Below the pieces are notes generated by a model that was not told where the DNA came from, did not search any database, and was given only the letters and a program-made list of their open reading frames with translations. A DNA stretch of 20,000 nt from an uncultured virus (IMG/VR IMGVR_UViG_3300026521_000001) (Duplodnaviria > Heunggongvirae > Uroviricota > Caudoviricetes), in the IMG/VR virus record IMGVR_UViG_3300026521_000001, one strand, 5' to 3'. Position 1 is the first letter of the stretch; each line of letters starts with the position of its first letter. Positions 18,017 through 20,000 of the stretch are shown piece by piece. The position numbers were made by a program, and so were the translations under genes.

Positions 18017-19456
18017 TTATTTAAAAAATATATTAGATATAGTACTAATATTATTAGCAGTATCTTTACCAAATCCAAAATTACCAAATATTGGAGCATC
18101 AGAAGTTAGGGATTTGTATATAGGTCCTTGAACATTTGTAAATTGTTCATAAGTTTTATGCTTAATTTCATTAGTGTCTATATTAGGTAATTTATCTACA
18201 TTACTATTTACTACATTTATAGCTGCTAAAAGTAAACTATTATGAGAAGCACCACTATTATTATTTACTTCATCCCAAATATTAGTACCTTTAGTGTCCC
18301 AATATATGTTAGAATCTACATCTTTAATAGTTCTTACACCATTAAACATACCATCTCGTACAGCTACTGTTTTATCTATCAAATCTTTAGCTATATTTAC
18401 AGGTATTCCTTTATATTTAAATGCATCAATTAATTGTTTTTCACCTTCAGCTAATTTAAATTTATCAGGAGAAGTATAATGTTTTTTAAAGTTTGGATCT
18501 TTAGACATAACAATTAAATCATTATAATTAACTTTTTTAGCTGCTATCATATCTTGTAAAGATAATCCCCCTGAATTATAATTATAGTTTTTAATACCTA
18601 AAGTGCTATCATTACCTATTTTAATATGAGACCCTTTAGGTAAATTTAAAGAATCAACTAATTTAGGAAGTAAACTATCCACAATTTTCATATCATAAGA
18701 TATTATTTTTTCTCCTGTATCAGGATTAATATGTTGAGTAGGAGATATACCAAGTTGATCTAAAAGTTGTAATGCTTTAGGGGTAACATTTCCTGAATCA
18801 TCTATAAAACCAAGGCGTTTACCATTATGTAATTTACTATATGTTTCTTCTATATTAGATAAAGATGATCTTAATTTTTTATTATCTGCAGAAGCTCCTA
18901 AAAATGAATTAGTAAGTGATTGCGCTGTTTTAACACTTCTAACGTTAGTAGAATTACTACCACCAGAAGAAAATGATTTTCCGCCAAATTTACTATTAAA
19001 AGGAATGTCATTATCTTTATAAAATTGTAACATGTCTTCCATATTTTGCATATTTGATTCGTTAGTTAATTCTAACATTGCTTTTTTAGTAGCTAATTGT
19101 ATTCCAGGAGTTAATGCTTGTAATATACCTTTATTTTCTTGATTTATTCTATCTATATTATCACTAACATTTTTGTCTACTTTATTATAAAATGAAGTAT
19201 TTATATTATTTATATTAGTATCATAAGATTTTAAAGCATTACTCATACTAGAATATTTATCTTTAGTAGCTGTAGCCTCTTTATTAAAGACTTCACCTAC
19301 AGCTCTTGCTTCATCTTTACCTGTTCGAGCCAGAGCCTCAGAAGCAGTAGATACATTTCTACTTGCCTGGTTCAATGAATTTAATAGCCCTGCTGTATTT
19401 ACTGTTTGATTAATATCATTAGCACTAAATATATTTTGAATTTTTCCACTAATCAT
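18017..19456 (-). CDS. Putative internal virion/ejection protein (N4 gp51 position), ~479 aa
   Basis: GGAGG RBS 8 nt before the ATG at 19456 favours this start over 19471. Cys-free, helical N-terminus, directly upstream of the vRNAP parts. Assignment is by synteny, not clear sequence similarity. Confidence 0.6.
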   Translation of the reverse strand: MISGKIQNIFSANDINQTVNTAGLLNSLNQASRNVSTASEALARTGKDEARAVGEVFNKEATATKDKYSSMSNALKSYDTNINNINTSFYNKVDKNVSDNIDRINQENKGILQALTPGIQLATKKAMLELTNESNMQNMEDMLQFYKDNDIPFNSKFGGKSFSSGGSNSTNVRSVKTAQSLTNSFLGASADNKKLRSSLSNIEETYSKLHNGKRLGFIDDSGNVTPKALQLLDQLGISPTQHINPDTGEKIISYDMKIVDSLLPKLVDSLNLPKGSHIKIGNDSTLGIKNYNYNSGGLSLQDMIAAKKVNYNDLIVMSKDPNFKKHYTSPDKFKLAEGEKQLIDAFKYKGIPVNIAKDLIDKTVAVRDGMFNGVRTIKDVDSNIYWDTKGTNIWDEVNNNSGASHNSLLLAAINVVNSNVDKLPNIDTNEIKHKTYEQFTNVQGPIYKSLTSDAPIFGNFGFGKDTANNISTISNIFFK

Positions 19457-19457
19457 T

Positions 19458-20000
19458 TTAATTACCTCCATATGAAGCTGTAAGTTGATCTCTTAAAGCT
19501 GATTTTCTATTATATTCATCTTTCTGCACGTCCAATGACCATTGTTTAGCACCTAATTCCCAATCAGTTATTTTTTTATTGTAATCAAACTGTTCTCTTT
19601 GGAAATCTAAATTAGCTTGTTGTATTTCTTTAGACCAGTCAAATTGTTCTCTTTGGAAGTCCATATTCTTCTGATATAATCCCATTTGATCATTCCATTG
19701 ATTTTGAGCAAAGTTTTGTTGTTGATTAAATACATCTTTTTGGAATTGTAGATTTTTATTATATTGATCATGTTGCCAGTCTATATTATTTTTCAATAAA
19801 TTATATTTTTGTTGTGATGCATTATTAGTTAAAGACATCATATTTTTAAATGCATCAGATAAAAAGTTACTACTATTATAATCAGTGTAATTACTATTTA
19901 ATGAAGTACTACTTGGAGATTTAAAACTGTTATCAGTATTAAATACTACATCGTTAGATCCAGGTAATGTAGTACCTAAATAATTGGATGGGTTACTATT
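19458..20000 (-). CDS. Putative small ejection protein (N4 gp52-like), 5'-truncated by the window edge
   Basis: The frame is open from 20000 (NSNPSNYLGTTLPGSNDVVF...SDAFKNMMSL), so the start lies outside the window or at 19841. Ser/Asn-rich N-part, then a Gln/aromatic coiled coil (NLQFQKDVFNQQ), ending ASYGGN; Cys-free. Confidence 0.6.
   Translation of the reverse strand, partial: NSNPSNYLGTTLPGSNDVVFNTDNSFKSPSSTSLNSNYTDYNSSNFLSDAFKNMMSLTNNASQQKYNLLKNNIDWQHDQYNKNLQFQKDVFNQQQNFAQNQWNDQMGLYQKNMDFQREQFDWSKEIQQANLDFQREQFDYNKKITDWELGAKQWSLDVQKDEYNRKSALRDQLTASYGGN
19585..19658. repeat. Intragenic direct repeat, 54-nt period
   Basis: tcaaaYtgttctctttggaa at 19585 and 19639 (1 mismatch in 20), encoding DFQREQFD twice, 18 aa apart. 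Confidence 0.85.

Noticed and set aside
2187..18479. Short + strand ORFs inside the giant genes, plus 200..391(-) and 16964..17149(-)
   Set aside because: Antisense or alternative-frame shadows of AT-rich coding sequence, enriched in Leu/Phe/Ile/Ser with no recognisable motifs.
19457..19471. Start of the 484-aa ORF at 19471
   Set aside because: It overlaps the upstream gene, and the GGAGG within it is the well-spaced RBS for ATG 19456.
1..20000. N4-type hairpin promoters, intrinsic terminators, sigma70 promoters, tRNAs, CRISPR array
   Set aside because: Intergenic gaps are 24 nt or less and I saw no convincing hairpin, cloverleaf or repeat-spacer array; -10-like hexamers are uninformative at this AT content.
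1..20000. Naming a host or a specific phage
   Set aside because: Low GC and AAGGA-type RBSs are compatible with hosts such as Campylobacterota or Fusobacteriota, but nothing in the window determines it.

Overview
Very AT-rich (roughly a quarter GC by eye) phage DNA that looks like the virion-RNA-polymerase/ejection-protein region of an N4-like (Schitoviridae-type) podovirus. Bases 1-1692 carry small, tightly coupled + strand genes (multi-HTH-like protein, hypothetical, DUF6378-like, DUF1653-like, and a 53-aa membrane protein missing from the ORF track). These meet head-on, 1 nt apart, with a - strand operon: gp52-like, gp51-like, then three giant ORFs (1689, 2273 and 1460 aa). In order, the three match the N-terminal, polymerase and C-terminal (HExxH) parts of the N4 vRNAP, which is normally one chain. 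The main observation is that these 5422 residues contain only six cysteines. Four lie within 5 residues of the chain ends facing the two split points (...ENICK*/MGKSC... and ...NNLC*/MSKC...), and the other two form a look-alike internal pair (KLC-DGSSC). This suggests a head-to-tail, cysteine-coupled (probably disulfide) chain of ejected proteins. The polymerase chain also carries a circularly permuted SLOG domain and further linker-delimited modules. All family assignments are motif recognition from memory; no searches were run.
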